Positions 1 to 13,700 of a DNA stretch of 64,000 nt are shown in pieces. This DNA comes from Tubulanus polymorphus. Taxonomy: Eukaryota; Animalia; Nemertea. The notes under the pieces are model-generated. The model was given only the letters and a program-made list of their open reading frames with translations. It did not search any database and was not told where the DNA came from. The stretch lies in assembly GCF_964204645.1 (NCBI RefSeq), contig NC_134033.1, positions 15,880,655 to 15,944,654 of the forward strand, given 5' to 3'. A program made the translations under genes and the position numbers. The first letter of the stretch is position 1, and each line of letters starts with the position of its first letter.

Positions 1-532
1 GGAAGAACTCTTTGCATGTTGTTTCTGGGTGTTCTTAGATACGTTTTAAATGGGAATCAATGTAATGATAGCTTGTTTTTTTAAATGCCACTCTTTACTC
101 CTTTTGATTTCATGGTGTAGGATTTTATTTTTTTCAACTCGAATATTTCACGGTGTTGCTACATGTATTTTTGCTCTGCCATTATTTTATAGTCCATTTG
201 TAGTTTGGTTCTTTACCAATGCGTCCAAAGTGGATTTTTACTGAACTCGGTTTAAAGTAGTACATATCTGATTTGGGTTTTAACATGACCAGCACAAAAA
301 GGACTTTGTCATAATCCTTCAATACGGTATAGTTGTTCAGATGCCCATCTGTGCTGGTCATTTCATCACTTATATCAGGTATGCATTACCAAAACTGGCC
401 GAATTAAAAGCATTGCATCCAATGTTCGTTGAAACAAGTTAAAATAGACGTTAACCTATCTAACGCATTCATATCTTACATCGCCTGGTATCCGAACCAC
501 TTCTTATTTTATTCAACTTTTTATTCTTTCAG

Positions 533-719
533 TCGTCCGAAAACGTCGTTCTTCAGCTTCCTGAATCCGTGGAATGTGTTCAAACATCTGATCTGGGGAC
601 CGTACAAGTGGTTGATAATCAAAATATTGTGTTTACTGATTCTAATCGCATTCCTCGTTCTGATTCTGTACAACATGCCGGGACAGATGACCCGTAAACT
701 AGCTGATCTATTCGGCTAG
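533..719 (+). CDS. Ferlin family (myoferlin/dysferlin/otoferlin-like) terminal coding exon with C-terminal transmembrane anchor; upstream exons lie outside the window
   Basis: Pyrimidine tract + AG at 531-532. Translation RPKTSFFSFLNPWNVFKHLIWGPYKWLIIKILCLLILIAFLVLILYNMPG matches the Ferlin_C pattern RPxTSFxWFxNP...W..KW.+TM+YxxP. TAG at 717-719; AATAAA at 966-971. Confidence 0.85.
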
Positions 720-3700
720 ATAATAACAACAGATGGTAGCTTCTTGGCAAATGGGTGATCGCTCCACAGCAGATGGTTGGCAGAGACTGATGGTGGCATT
801 AGTACGAATGGATCCCATGAACTAGTTTTCCTCTGGACCCTTTGCTATCTCCTCAGACACTTCGTTACTAAGGCAAACCCAAGGGCTCCGTAGTTCCTAG
901 AGTGGATCCGTTCAGTTGGTTCTAAAGCTGGTGCTGCCTCATATTGTATTGTATGCAATGATTCAAATAAATATCCCACCTATAAGAACAATAATGGCTA
1001 ACGAATAACTTTCATTCGTAAATACGTACTTAATGTGATAATAATGACTTGTAAATATTATATTCTACACAAGTTCTATGCAAAATATTTACAACTTTGT
1101 AACATCTAAAGGTTTATTTAGTTTTTACTATATCGAACATCATTGGTCGACCATGTTTTGCTATTATGCTGTATATGTCTTATCACTGCATGTCTAGTCA
1201 CGAAATTTTCCAACTTCAAACGACTTTGTAACATCTAAAATCGAAGCTATTATGTCCAACTGTGATATCTGTAATTGATTAGTTTATATCTCTTATCGTT
1301 TTAACTTCATCAAAGGTTTTGGGAAATTTCATACATTTATTTTGTATTCTATGTGAAATCTTACATGTATAAGATATATATTTGTTCTCTTAAGTTCAAT
1401 TTGGATGATTGATTAATTTTGACTTTTGACTTTGATTAAATGTACTTAAATTGTAAAATCCAAATGGCAATGAATTACGAAAGGTTAAACAACATTCTAA
1501 TGTCTTTAGTAACTGCAATCAAAGTTTGAAATATGTCATAAAAAAGCATGGACTCTAAAACGGTTAATCCATTCGTTTTGGAGTCCATGTCATAAACCAA
1601 CATTCTGTGATGTTCCTTTGTGCGAGTTTTAATCAAAATTACTGTTAATCAAAATACATATCACTGGGTACCTCTGATACTAATATCATTGTCTGGCTCC
1701 TCTTGCTTCGTTTTTCTTTGGATGATTTCTGTTGATGTCGGGATGATTTATGAAGATGGCTGACCCAGGAGAGATATAAGCCAGGTCAGAGTGATGTTGA
1801 TGGCTAACCCAGGACAGAGCTATGAGGATAGTTGGCCCAGGACAGAGATATGAGGATGACGGACCCAGGGCTAAGCCATATACCATAGGTGTCTAGTCAG
1901 TTGCAACAGAGAAACACTGAAGGTGCTCAGAAGTGGTCCTGATGCATCCATGATCAATAGGAATGGTCTTGATCAAAACCCGTTATTATGTCCCAGAACC
2001 AATATTAGAATAGTGTATAGGATATAATATAAGCATATCTCCATTAGCATTTAATTAGTTTACAGAAGCAACACGAGAGGGCGCATGCATCGTAAACCAA
2101 CGACTGTTCAATGAATACGATCGATTCACATTTATTTGAATAACAAAATACGGTCGTTTCTAAATAAGTTCAATAACGTTAGGCAACTAATTACGTCGCC
2201 AAAACAAAAGGTTTATTCGTAATTTGAAAAGGTTTTGAAATCATAGATGTTTCAAAAGAGCTATCTACTTTAATTTCGGGGGGTTCTGGTCATTTTTACA
2301 GTTTTCTAAAGGGTATTTTGATGCCATACCCCCTCTGGTGGATTTTCAGTGAACTAAAATCACAAAAGATCTATTGTGAAAATTTCATATAGATTTGTAC
2401 GTCGATGTTAGACACTTAATAGTTCGATGATTATCTTTTAGTTCCAAGTTCTCACCTTTTGAAATATCTCATTGATAGAAAACCCTCCCGAAACAACGAT
2501 ACTGAAACCAGTTCGATAGCAACTGATTTTAAACGGGTTAATTAGACAACGTAAAAATTCGGACAATGGAAAGCAGTAACGACTGCATGACTTCTCATTA
2601 AAGACACTTCAATGACATTTCATTTATTTTTGTGACAAATAAACAACATTCTTTTGTTTCCTTTGTTTTTGTGATATTTGCCCCCTACGATGATGTTGCC
2701 GTCCTTCTGTCCTGGGTCATACCCCTGGGCTCATGCATATATAGAGCACTGTCCTAGGTCAGACATCCTCATATCTATTTATATGAAATATAGCAAGGAA
2801 CCCAGTTGCCAAAGATGCCCAGCCAGATGCCAAAGGTGCAGCCCAGTCAGTTACAAACGGTACCCAGTCAATTGCACGAGGTGACCCAGTGAGACACGTT
2901 AAAGGGGCCCAGTGGCGCCAACGGTGTCCATTCAATCATCAAAGGTAGGTGCCCAATGCCACAGGAGGTCAACAGTAAGATACCAAAGGAATCCTGTTAT
3001 TTTCCAAAGATGCCCAGCAATTTTCAGAGTTTTCATCTGGACTATTCCGTTAACTGTGACAAATCGCTTTCATTAAGGGTTTTATAACATCGCAATCTAG
3101 ATCCTAGGATGCAGGTGGACAGATGAACAAGTGAAGTATCCACAGTTTGAATGACACCAGTAATCAATCATACTGATCCTGAGTGGTCCTGATGCTGTAT
3201 CCAAGATGAACAGGGATGGTCTGTATCCAAACCCGTTATTAATGCCCCAATGAAAGCGGTTCAACCAATATTTGAAAGATATCTAATTAGCATATTACAT
3301 TTCATAAGCATTTAATTAGTTTACAGAAGCAACACGAGAGGGCGCATGCATCGTTAACCAACGACTGTTCAATGAATACGATCGATTCACATTTATATGA
3401 ATAACAAAATACAATCGTTTCTAGATAAGTTCAATAACGTTAGGCAACTAATTACGTCGCCAAAACAAAAGGTTTACTGGTAATATGAAAAGGTTTTGAA
3501 ATCATAGATGTTTTAAAAAGGCTATCCACTTTAATTTCGGGGGGTTTTGCTCATTTTTACAGTTTTCCAAAGGGTACTTTGATGCCTTACCCCCTCTGGT
3601 GGATTTTCAGTGAACTAAAAACACAAAAGATCTATTGTGAAAATTTCTTGCCCTGGATCAAAGATCCTCATATACTTGTAATCCAAACACCATGTCACTC

Positions 3701-4023
3701 CAGCAATCAAAAACAATAAAATGTCAAGTGACGAACTTATATCTTTATTTCCGCATTTATAAAACTGATGATAAGAAAAATACATGTACCAATACATGTA
3801 CCATTCAATATCAACATACTAGGGTTTATCCCAGGTTTGAGCCCAGTAGTTACCGACTCGTTGTGCGAGTGAACAAGACGCCGAATGTAGTCCTGAAGCT
3901 GAATAAAGGATGAACTCGATGGAGGTGCTGATGAATAGAGAATTAGAAGGGTGTTTCTTGTGTTTTGTCATTGTTTTATTGATTCGAAAATCAAAAGTGA
4001 AAAGCAAAGAAGTAGGCCTACCA

Positions 4024-4081
4024 GCCCCACAGTCGAACCCAAGCCAACCGTGATGAAGTCAACGAGTTTACCTCTGGGCTA
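4024..4081 (-). mobile_element. Degenerate tRNA-derived SINE head (related heads at ~14966-15035 + and ~57380-57445 +)
   Basis: Minus strand reads TAGCCCAGAGGT (A-box-like) ... GGTTCGACT (B-box-like); no intact cloverleaf. Confidence 0.4.
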
Positions 4082-5105
4082 TTGCATTAAGTATCTGTGA
4101 CAAATCGTTATCATTGAGGGTTTTACCATCGACATCTATGAACCGTGACGCTCACTGGGAGATATAGTAAGGCGGATGGGGCAACAGTGGGAATGGTTGC
4201 AATCAACTGCTGATTAGGGAGTCTAGGTATCGCAACGGCAGGCTGCTTTAGGTGTCTGATAAGGCGCCTTGAAGGTTGCCTTATTTGCCCCTATGCACGG
4301 TGCTTAGTTGCCAAAGATGCCCAGTCAGACGCCAACGGTGCCCAGTCAATTCCCCGATGTACCCAGTGAGATGCAAAAGGGGCCAGCGGTACCTACGGTG
4401 TCCATTCAGATGTCAAAGGAGCCCAAGATGCCAAAGGAGGTCACCAGTAATTAGATGCCAAAGGTGTTCATCCAATTATCAAAGGTGCCCGGTTAAGATA
4501 CCAAAGGAATCCTGTTATTTCCAAAGATGCCCAGGAATTTCCAAAGAGTTTACAACCAGGCTATTCCGTAAATTATCTGTGATAAATTGCTACCAATGAA
4601 GGTTTTATACCATCGCAATCTAGGTCCTAGGATGCAGGTGAACAGATGAACAAGTGAAGTATCCACAGTTTGAATGACACCAGAAATAGACGATACTGAT
4701 CCTGAGTGGTGCTGATGCTGTATCCAAGATGAACAGGGACGGTCTGTATCCAAACCCGTTATTAATGCCCCGATGCCTATGAAAGCGGTTTGAATGTGTA
4801 GTGTATTTTACATCTAATTAGCATATTACATTTTATTAGCATTTAATTAGTTTACAGAAGCAACACGAGAGGGCGCAGGCATCGTCAACGGACGACTGTT
4901 CAATGAATACGATCGATTCACCTTTATTTGAATGACAAAATACAATCGTTTCTAAATAAGTTCAATAACGTTAGGCAACTAATTACGTTGCCAAAACAAA
5001 AGGTTTACTAATGATTTGAAAAAGTTTTAAAATCATAGATGTTTTAAAAAGGCTATCCACTTTAATTTCGGGGGGTTTTGGTCATTTTTACAGTTTCCCA
5101 AAGGG

Positions 5106-5648
5106 AATACGAATACGAATACGAATACGAATATTTATTACACTCCAACCATTTCCATGGTATATGGAGGAAAAGAAACAGTATTTACAATTATTTACAA
5201 AAACAGTAGATAAAAGCACTTTGAAACATAACAAACGTTATATACAACATACTATTTACACACACTACCGGAGGGATCTATATACATCCAGACCTAATTT
5301 GATAAATTTAGCAAGTTTAAAAGTTGGATTTTTTAAAACATCAAGATTCCGAAAGGTATTTGAATTTAGGTTGCTTTCACGGAATACGGTAAGTAATTTA
5401 CAGTCAAAAATGAAATGTAGTTCGTCGCCTAAAACGTTACAGGTGGGGCATAATCTATCGGTTCTCGGTAGATGGAGATTTGACAATTTATTTACAGGTA
5501 GGAGATAAGACCCAATCCTGAACTGGAATAAGCTGGTCACTAAGTCGTCATCAAGCCGATTTATATAGTTTTCAAATTTGATATCTTTCTTATATTGTCT
5601 AAAATTAATGTATAACGGGTTATTATTTAGCCTAAATTCTGTCTCTTG
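5106..5648 (-). mobile_element. 5'-truncated non-LTR retrotransposon (3' end, CCHC zinc finger; RTEX/Proto2-like)
   Basis: Open frame from the truncation point: YINFRQYKKDIKFENYINRL...LFQFRIGSYLLPV...RLCPTCNVLGDELHFIFDC. 3' AATAAA followed by (ATTCGT)n tail. Flanked by AAGGG duplication (5101-5105, 5649-5653); the empty site is visible in the sister repeat copies. Confidence 0.85.
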
Positions 5649-6169
5649 AAGGGTACTTTGATGCCGTACCCCCTCTGGTGGATTTTGAGTGAACTAAAAA
5701 CACAAAAGATCTATTGTGAAAATTTCACTTAGATTTGTACGTCGATGTTAGATACTGGATGATTATCTTTTAGTTCCAAGTTTTCACACTAGGGTTACAG
5801 ATTGCCAGTTCTTACCTTTTGAAATATCTCATTGATATAAAAACCTCCCGAAATGTTATGAAACGATACTTTAACCGGTTCGATCGCATCTAGTTATAGT
5901 GAAATTGATTTGAAACGGGTTAATTAGACAACGTAAATATTAGGACAATAGAAAGCAGTAACGACTGCGTGACTTCTTCTTATTCAAAGCACTTCAAGGC
6001 ATATGATTCAGATAGATTTTATTTGACAAATAAACAACTCTTTTTACTCCTTTGTTTTTTTTAAATATTTGATTCACTACGACGATGTTGTCCTCCAGTT
6101 CAACCCACTATCCCTCCAACCGCAACTTAAACATCTCGTCCTGGGTCATAAATCCCTTGGTACATTATA

Positions 6170-6890
6170 TATAGTCTTGTCCTGGGTCAGACATCCTCAT
6201 ATCTCTATACGAAAAAGCCCTGTCCTGGGTAAGACATCCTCATATCTATATGAAATAGCCCTGTCCTGGGTCAAACATCCTCATATCTATATGAAATAGC
6301 CCTGTCCTGGGTCAAACATCCTCATATCTATATGAAATAGCCCTGTCCTGGGTCAAACATCCTCATATCTATATGAAATAGCCCTGTCCTGGGTCAAACA
6401 TCCTCATATCTATATGAAATAGCCTTGTCCTGGGTCAGACATCCTCATGGAAATAGCCCTGTCCTAGGTTATAGACATCCTCATATCTATATGAAATAGC
6501 CCTGTCCTGGGTCAGACGTATTCAGCATCGGGACCACTCTGAACCAGTATCAGTAATTACTTGGTTCGAACCCGGGACACCCCTGTACATCCTCTATTCA
6601 GCATCGGGACCACTCTGAATCAGTTATCAGTAATTATTTTTAAGATATCTACATTTCACCGTACGGTGCTGCCTCTATGCTCGTCGGTAGCGGGATTTTC
6701 ATACACTAACGTTAGTGAACTCTGGCAAGCAAGGGTTACGGAGTATAACTGGACAGCACGACGATTGCCAGAGTTGACTTTAGTTAGTGTATGGAAATCC
6801 CGCTAACGATGAGCATAGCGGCAGCACCGTACGGTCGACAGACATCCTCATATCTATATGAAATAGCCTTGTCCTGGGTCAAACATCTTC
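6170..6890. repeat. 41-bp tandem repeat (ctgtcctgggtcaaacatcctcatatctatatgaaatagcc), ~8 copies plus 1-2 more after an insertion
   Basis: Period of 41 seen directly (6261, 6302, 6343, 6384); interrupted at 6518-6838. Confidence 0.92.
6658..6835. mobile_element. MITE/foldback with ~53-bp terminal inverted repeats
   Basis: accgtacggtgctgcctctatgctcgtcggtagcggga... is the reverse complement of ...tcccgctaacgatgagcatagcggcagcaccgtacggt with 4 mismatches. Confidence 0.8.
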
Positions 6891-7539
6891 ACATACTTGT
6901 AATCAAAACACCATGTCACTCCAGCAATCAAAAACAATAAAATGTCAAGTGACGAACTTATATCTTTATATCCGTATTTATAAAACTGATGATACAATGT
7001 TATCTATATTAGTTGAGTTGAACATATGGATAATTTTGAATAAAAAAAATATATGTACCATTCTTGATAAGAGGATCGAATGATAAACATTAACATACTA
7101 ACAAACAAACTACTTCAAAATGGAATCGATTCTCTCCATGACTAACAAAGACAGGTTTGGTTAAAATTTGACTCATCGGTTAAAACATTTGAAACGAACT
7201 AATCGTAACGGCTTAGTCAAATTTAACTGGTAATTATGCAACTATGTCTGTTGGTCTGTCGATAAAAATCAAATCAAATCTTCTTATAAACCTTGGAAGT
7301 GTTGTGCTAGATGTGAACAAATAAATCACCCCTCTTCATGTCCCCTCCTTCGAAATATGCCTTTAAGGGAATAGTATTCATTAAGTAAAAGTGACTCTGA
7401 CCTTCAAATGAAGGTCGAATTAGTGAAGGTCGAATTGATTAATCCACCAATCAGCACCGAAAGAAATGCATGATTACAACAATACATCTAGATTATTAGA
7501 ATTGCACCAAGAATTATTATAAACATCACAAGCATCCAA

Positions 7540-7820
7540 CACATACCCAGCACCGACATACCCCCGGACTGACATACCCTAGACTGACACACCTAGCACC
7601 GACATACTCCCAGACTGACATACCCAGCACCGACATACCCCCGGACTGACATACCCTAGACTGACACACCCAGCACCGACATACCCTAGACTGACACACC
7701 CAGCACCGACATACCCCCGGACTGACATACCCTAGACTGACACACCCAGCAACGACATACTCCCAGACTGACATACCCCTGGACTGACATACCCCAGGAC
7801 TGGCACACCCCGAGTGACAG
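7540..7820. repeat. Minisatellite of 15-17-bp variants (ctgacatacccc / cagcaccgacatacc)
   Basis: Direct tandem repetition. Confidence 0.9.
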
Positions 7821-8402
7821 TCAAAATACTTTCACACATACATATAAAATTTAGCCTAGAGATCATTCATTATTTTTCAAAGACTTCAAGAATACGATTT
7901 AAGTAAATAGAATATTTCAAAAACATGATCACGATCACAACCTAAACGTACGAACACTCCTTTCGTCGCGAGAGCCAGCAGCACCACCGGTGGCAACGTA
8001 GTTAACTAATTCAACCAGAAAACTGGTTTGACAAAATAGCGCGTCCATAGAAGGAATCTTCCAGTTGCAGTTTCAGAAAAATAAACTTCAATTTAAAACC
8101 GGAAATGCACAATTGAACGCACAAAATTTTGCCACAGACTTCCAGATAATCAACCATTAATTAAAGCATCGATTATCAGAATGATGAATTATGTACCGAA
8201 AAGGAAATTCCTTCCTTCAACAATTGGCAATGATACTGGAGAATACAAACCGAATAGCGACTCATTTGAAGCCATTTTCTCATCATCAACAATCAGTCAC
8301 AAATCAGATACTTTTATATTTCTACTGGTCCCCGAAGTTCTGGTTGGACACATGCATATTCACTTACAACGTATATAATCTTGTAAAATTAAAGTACACT
8401 TG

Positions 8403-8533
<131 letters not shown>

Positions 8534-8706
8534 CACTTACGCTACATAAATAGTTAATACAATACAAATTACAATGTAGAAATTAAGAATAAAGTAATGA
8601 AACAGCTCAGATTATCTATTTGAGTTCTGCACGCGTATTCATCTGGCCCAACGTTTTTCCTTTATACATGTATAGGTTATCGCTTGTCTTATTACAGTAG
8701 ATTCTA

Positions 8707-8953
8707 GCCGCGATCACACCAAATTGGCACGGGTCAGGCTCGGGCCATATTTGACCCGTGCCTAATTAGAGAGCGCGTTCGCACGTGAACCATTCACTCG
8801 ATACTAAACAATGCTCAAACAAAGCGAAGTGGATCATTTCCGGTGCCAGTTGCAATTCAAACGCTATCATTTGTCTGGTGCTCGGGCCTGGTCCGACGTT
8901 TTTGGCCCGTACCAAATTTGGCCCGGGTCAAAAATGCTCGTGTGATCACGGCT
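8707..8953. mobile_element. PIF/Harbinger-like MITE (TIR gcgatcacac), family A copy 1
   Basis: gccgcgatcacac...gtgtgatcacggc; internal sequence shared with 49909-50227 in inverted orientation. Confidence 0.75.
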
Positions 8954-9914
8954 TTAGTTTACCCCGGAATGGACAGCTTCAGGTAATCGCATGAAAATAT
9001 TACAAATTTTCACACTCATGATTTATCGTCAAAACATCGCGGCTCCGTCTGCCTCAAAATTTGCGTACCACGTAATTCGTTGGTCCCGTCGGATCCGCGA
9101 GCAAAGCAAAGTCTACCGCGTGTAGGTACCGTTTTACTGGTACTGACCCACCGCGATAACTAGAATGAGTCCAGATATACCGGTACAGCCGATAAATACA
9201 GATATAGCCACAATCAATTATTGATTTTATGATATCCCTGATTTCATAAAATGAACACAATAAATCAACATGCAAATAAAGTCCAATGACGTAGTACAAT
9301 AGATCAGAGTCCTACATACGAAATGTAGATAATCAAATTTCTATTAAAGTCTATTAAAATGTCACAACTAAAAAGGCGAATTAAGTCTAGAAATCTCTTT
9401 AAAAACACCGCATATAAACCCTATATTTGGTCGCATTATCAATTACTAATAATCGTGAAAAAACACATGGTTGAATCACAGGATTGCACAATTTTCTGGA
9501 TTAATATTTGACGCTTAAGGTCAAAACACTTAAAATGAATTGAACGAGCGCCGAACTCAACCACCAACTATGAAACAAGATCCAGTACCTTCAGTTAAGC
9601 CTTAAGTACATTTCAATCGTAATCTTCATTGTACGAATAATATATACAAACAACAAGAAATGATAATATTAATAATACACTGAATGTGGGAAAGAAAATA
9701 TTCAGACATCTATTAAAACACTCGTATATCTTTCGACACATAAAGCAATATTCATTCATTTCTAAAATTCCTAATATAGGAATAACTTCTCATAAGGCAA
9801 TATCCAACATGACGAATCATAAAGAACGTTACTGATCGGACATATTCATTCCTCTTGGGCTTATTCTGGCATCGAGACCTTTAAGTTGTCCAACAACATT
9901 GAGAAAACAAAGAG

Positions 9915-10280
9915 TTTGCAGTTCTGACCTTAGTCTAAAAGTGGTCTTAAATCACAACACTGGTCTTTCGTTAATAGATTATTGGTTATCAGAGAACCAA
10001 AATGAAGCTCAGACTGGTCTTAAGTTTACTCCTTAGATTGACTATAGAACTAAAATGAGCTTAGACTGGTCTTAAGTTGTTAGATTGGTTATAGAACGTA
10101 GCATGTAGCATGATTTTGCAATTCATTGCTCCTGGTGCTGGTGTTGCGGTTGGGACTTGAGTCCAAAAATCTTTAGACTGGTCTCGAGTTGTTAGATTGG
10201 CTGTAGAGCAAAAACGAGCTTAGACTGGTTCGACTATAATTGAACCAATTGTTAGACTAGTCTTAAATCTGAGCTTTGAC
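9915..10280. repeat. 47-bp satellite array derived from the internal segment of a MITE
   Basis: Unit gactggtcttaagttgttagattggttatagaactaaaatgagctta, ~5-6 degenerate copies. Confidence 0.8.
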
Positions 10281-10726
10281 TTTAAAACTGAAGACAATCT
10301 TGCCTGAGGAACTCATGCCCTGAGAATATACAACACACAAACTCTCTTCTGCCGGTCAGAGTTTTCAGTCTAAACACGCGAATTAATGTGCACCCCAAGA
10401 GTTTTCTTCCTCCAATTCGGGGAATTGATTCCTGACCGAGCGTACGGTCCGTTAAACCTCGACTCATCATACCTTCATAATCACCGAACAATGAAAAACA
10501 TATGTAGCGATATAATTCAACAGCGCGCGACGCTGCGGGAGGGCTCCGCGATATCTCCTGAGCGCGGGGGACTGCGGGAAGCTCGAAAGTTTCAAAACCT
10601 CCATCTTTCATCGCTAACAACAACCGTTCAGTATTAAACGCTAAATAAGAAAAATATCTCAAGTTTTTTTTTCAGTCGGGCTGTTACTGGACTCAGATGG
10701 ATGGATTAAACGAAGGCACTGATGTT

Positions 10727-13700
10727 TTAGGAGGTCGCGATCTCGATCTCTTCGGGCGTGTTGCAGGGCGTCGTTAAACCGTTATCGGCGAGTTTGTCCG
10801 ATTTATCGGCGCCTCGCTCGCAGTCCGCGGATTCGCCGTCCGCCGCCGGGATGATCGTGTTCTTGATGCACGGCGCGAAATACACGAACAACATGGCGCC
10901 GCTGATCGCGATCATAAATCCGATGATATAGAACGAAAAATCGTAACTTCCGGTTCCGTCGTACAACCAACCTGCAAAATATAAAATCATTAAGCTATGA
11001 TCATAAGGCGTGTAAAGATAATGAGGGCAGTTACAACTTATAGGATTAAGCATTTCCCCTTGCCAAAAGCCATTTTGAGTTTCCTCCTTAGTCCAGCACG
11101 ACTAGTTGCACAGTCTTGGCTAAGATTGAGGACTGGTCTCTATAATCAGTCTTAGAACTTAACACCAGGATCTAACCTATTACTGTAGGTCCAGGGGCCA
11201 GTTGCATAGTCATGGCTTAGACTTAAGACCAGGGCCCAGTTGCACAGTCATGACTTAAGTCTAAAAGTGGTCTTAAATCTTAAGGCTGGTCTTAATTTGT
11301 TAAGAGTCTAAGTTGGACTTAGACTGGTCTTAAGTCTAAGCCACGACTATGCAACTGGCCCCAGGTTACGACCAACTTAGTTCTATAGCCACACTAACAA
11401 CTTAAGACCAGTCTTAAGATTTAAGACCACTTTTGGTCTCGTCACGGTTGTGTTACTGGGCCCCGACTACAATTAGATTTCACACAAAAATGAGAGAAAA
11501 TTGACGCAGAAGAAATGCACTAGAAATTATTTTGATTTTGAGAGTACTTTTTAAGATATTTTTTTTTAGAATATTTGAGCCCATAAACAGATTAGAAACT
11601 ACTCTCAAATAGTAGTCATTATCAGGTCTAACCTAGTAGCGGCAAGAGATGGCAGCACCAATTCTCTATACCGCAGTTGACCTTAAGAGGTCTAATGATA
11701 TACCGGTACAAGGGGACTGTATCATATCATCTAGAGTGAATGGAACGTTATGAAATATCCTTAAAATTTTTCATATCTTATGCCAGACATTTCTGGTACA
11801 TATTCGTGGACTTTTAAGGACAAATTTATAAGAGCTCTTTATCATACAGTGAATATTGGTCGCCTCATTACCGCAACGGTCGACAGCCATATAGAAACTA
11901 CTTCAACAAACTACTTCAATCTCACATAAAATCACTTACGACACACTTAGATAATGGTAGCAATGAAGGAGGCTAAGAGTCGAGTAAGAGCTCTTTTAGA
12001 TGTTTGTCCTCAAACGTACGGAACTTTTTCTGATTTTTGAAGAGGTTACGCAATCATATGATCCGAGTGGGTTCTACGTGAACACCCTTACCGCAGTAAC
12101 CATAGACTGGACTGAAGATTTAGATTACATACCGGCAATAGGAGGACCGATAAATGTGGCAATTCCTTGGAACAGCAGTAAAAGTCCGAACGAACTCGTT
12201 AAACGATCCAAACCGATTAAATCCACTAAAACTACAGCAGTTAATGTAACGTACGTGCCTGGAATATAAAACACAAATTCATCATAGACAGATTCGAACT
12301 AATGCATACATTTCGGTTTTTTGGACCCTGCACACCGTCACATGTGTTCAAAATTCTAATCGTGACTTTCTTGAATTGAAAATGAACTAAAAACGCCAGA
12401 CATTCTATGAACAAACTTTCTAAAAATGGTTGTCACAACGTTGCATGCGTTCAGAACTTCACACGGGACATTTTCAATTGAAAATAAACTGCAAACACCA
12501 GACATTACACATTTTATTTGCGCACTTTCAAAAACTGATTGTCCACACTTCACACGTGTTCAGGACTTCACAGGAGACATTTTCAATTGAAAAATTAACT
12601 ACAAACATCAGACATTAGATATCAGCGCAATTTCAAAAACTCTTCACACTAAAATGGTTGATGTCTGAAGAGGTGCAGGGTCCGGGCTGATATCCGTAGA
12701 AACATTCCAGTTTTGAGTTTAAATACGAACAAACCAAACTCACCGACTAAAATCCCGTAGCTGGCCGCGTACGCTACGAGCAGACTATAGTTCGTCGACC
12801 ACGGACTCAGACAGGTGGCGACGCCGCACAGCGTCAACGCGGCCGAGTAGATCGTCAGCCGGCCGAGTTTCCCCGACTGCCACGCGCGAACCTTCGGAAT
12901 ATCGGAGATATATCCGAAGAATACGCGACCGAAAGTGTTACCGATTCCGATCACCGAAATCAAAAACGAAGCCTTCTCCTTCTCGATGCCTTTGATGCGC
13001 GCCATGTCGGGCAGGTAGATATATGGCGCGTTGAAACCGATACTCGTGCAGAAGTTCGAAACTGCGAACAACATAAAAACGACGTTGCTCAACAACGCGA
13101 AATCGGTAAGCTGATTGAACGCTTCCGACAGCGCCCCCTTGCAGCCTTGTTTGTCTTTATTCTCGTCGGCGCCGGGAATGTTCGTCAACGACACGAAATG
13201 CAGCATGTGATTCGACTTGTACGTGTTGAATATCTCCTGTTTGAGTTCCTGTTGACTGCGCGAGAAGTCGGCGCCACTCGCGATCGGACCCGACGAGAAC
13301 ACGTTTCGCGTGGCCGATCGTCGACGGATCTGATTCACCTCCGGACACGACGTGATCATTTTATCGTTGATTCTGACGTCGTCGTTTTGTCGTTGTTTCG
13401 ATTGCGCGGCGGCGCGGCGTAGTTTCTCGAACAGAACCTCGTTGTCGACGGCGCGAGAACCGAGTAGTTGTCGTTTCTCCGAGTTGTCGCCGTTCTCCGC
13501 GGTCGCCGTCGTCGTCGGTTTCGCGGCGGACGGAATCTGAATCGGACGGAACAACGCGCCGAAACACATACAATTCAACGCGAGTCCAGCCATGATCAGC
13601 GTCGCGCCCTTCCAACTGTATTCGTCGACGAGTTTTTGGATTAACGGCGCGAACGCGAACGTACCGACGCCCGAACCGCAGACGGCGAGACCGGTCGCGA

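Larger units (their letters stand above)
1930..7060. repeat. Three tandem, partly deleted copies of a kb-scale unit (approx. 1930-2790, 2800-3815, 4305-7060)
   Basis: The block ttaattagtttacagaagcaacacgagagggcgca...gaactaaaaacacaaaagatctattgtgaaaatttc recurs near 2051, 3312 and 4843. A tail block atacttgtaatc...aaactgatgata recurs near 3671 and 6893. Confidence 0.85.

Noticed and set aside
4276-4599. Cys/Arg/Pro-rich ORFs (CQRCP repeats; also 2678-2884) resembling metallothionein or keratin-associated proteins
   Set aside because: Translation of the ccaaagatgcccag microrepeat; non-ATG start and frame not preserved between copies.
6170-6516. Regular repeats resembling a CRISPR array (also the 47-bp and 60-bp arrays)
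   Set aside because: No unique spacers, no cas genes, eukaryotic context; these are plain tandem repeats.
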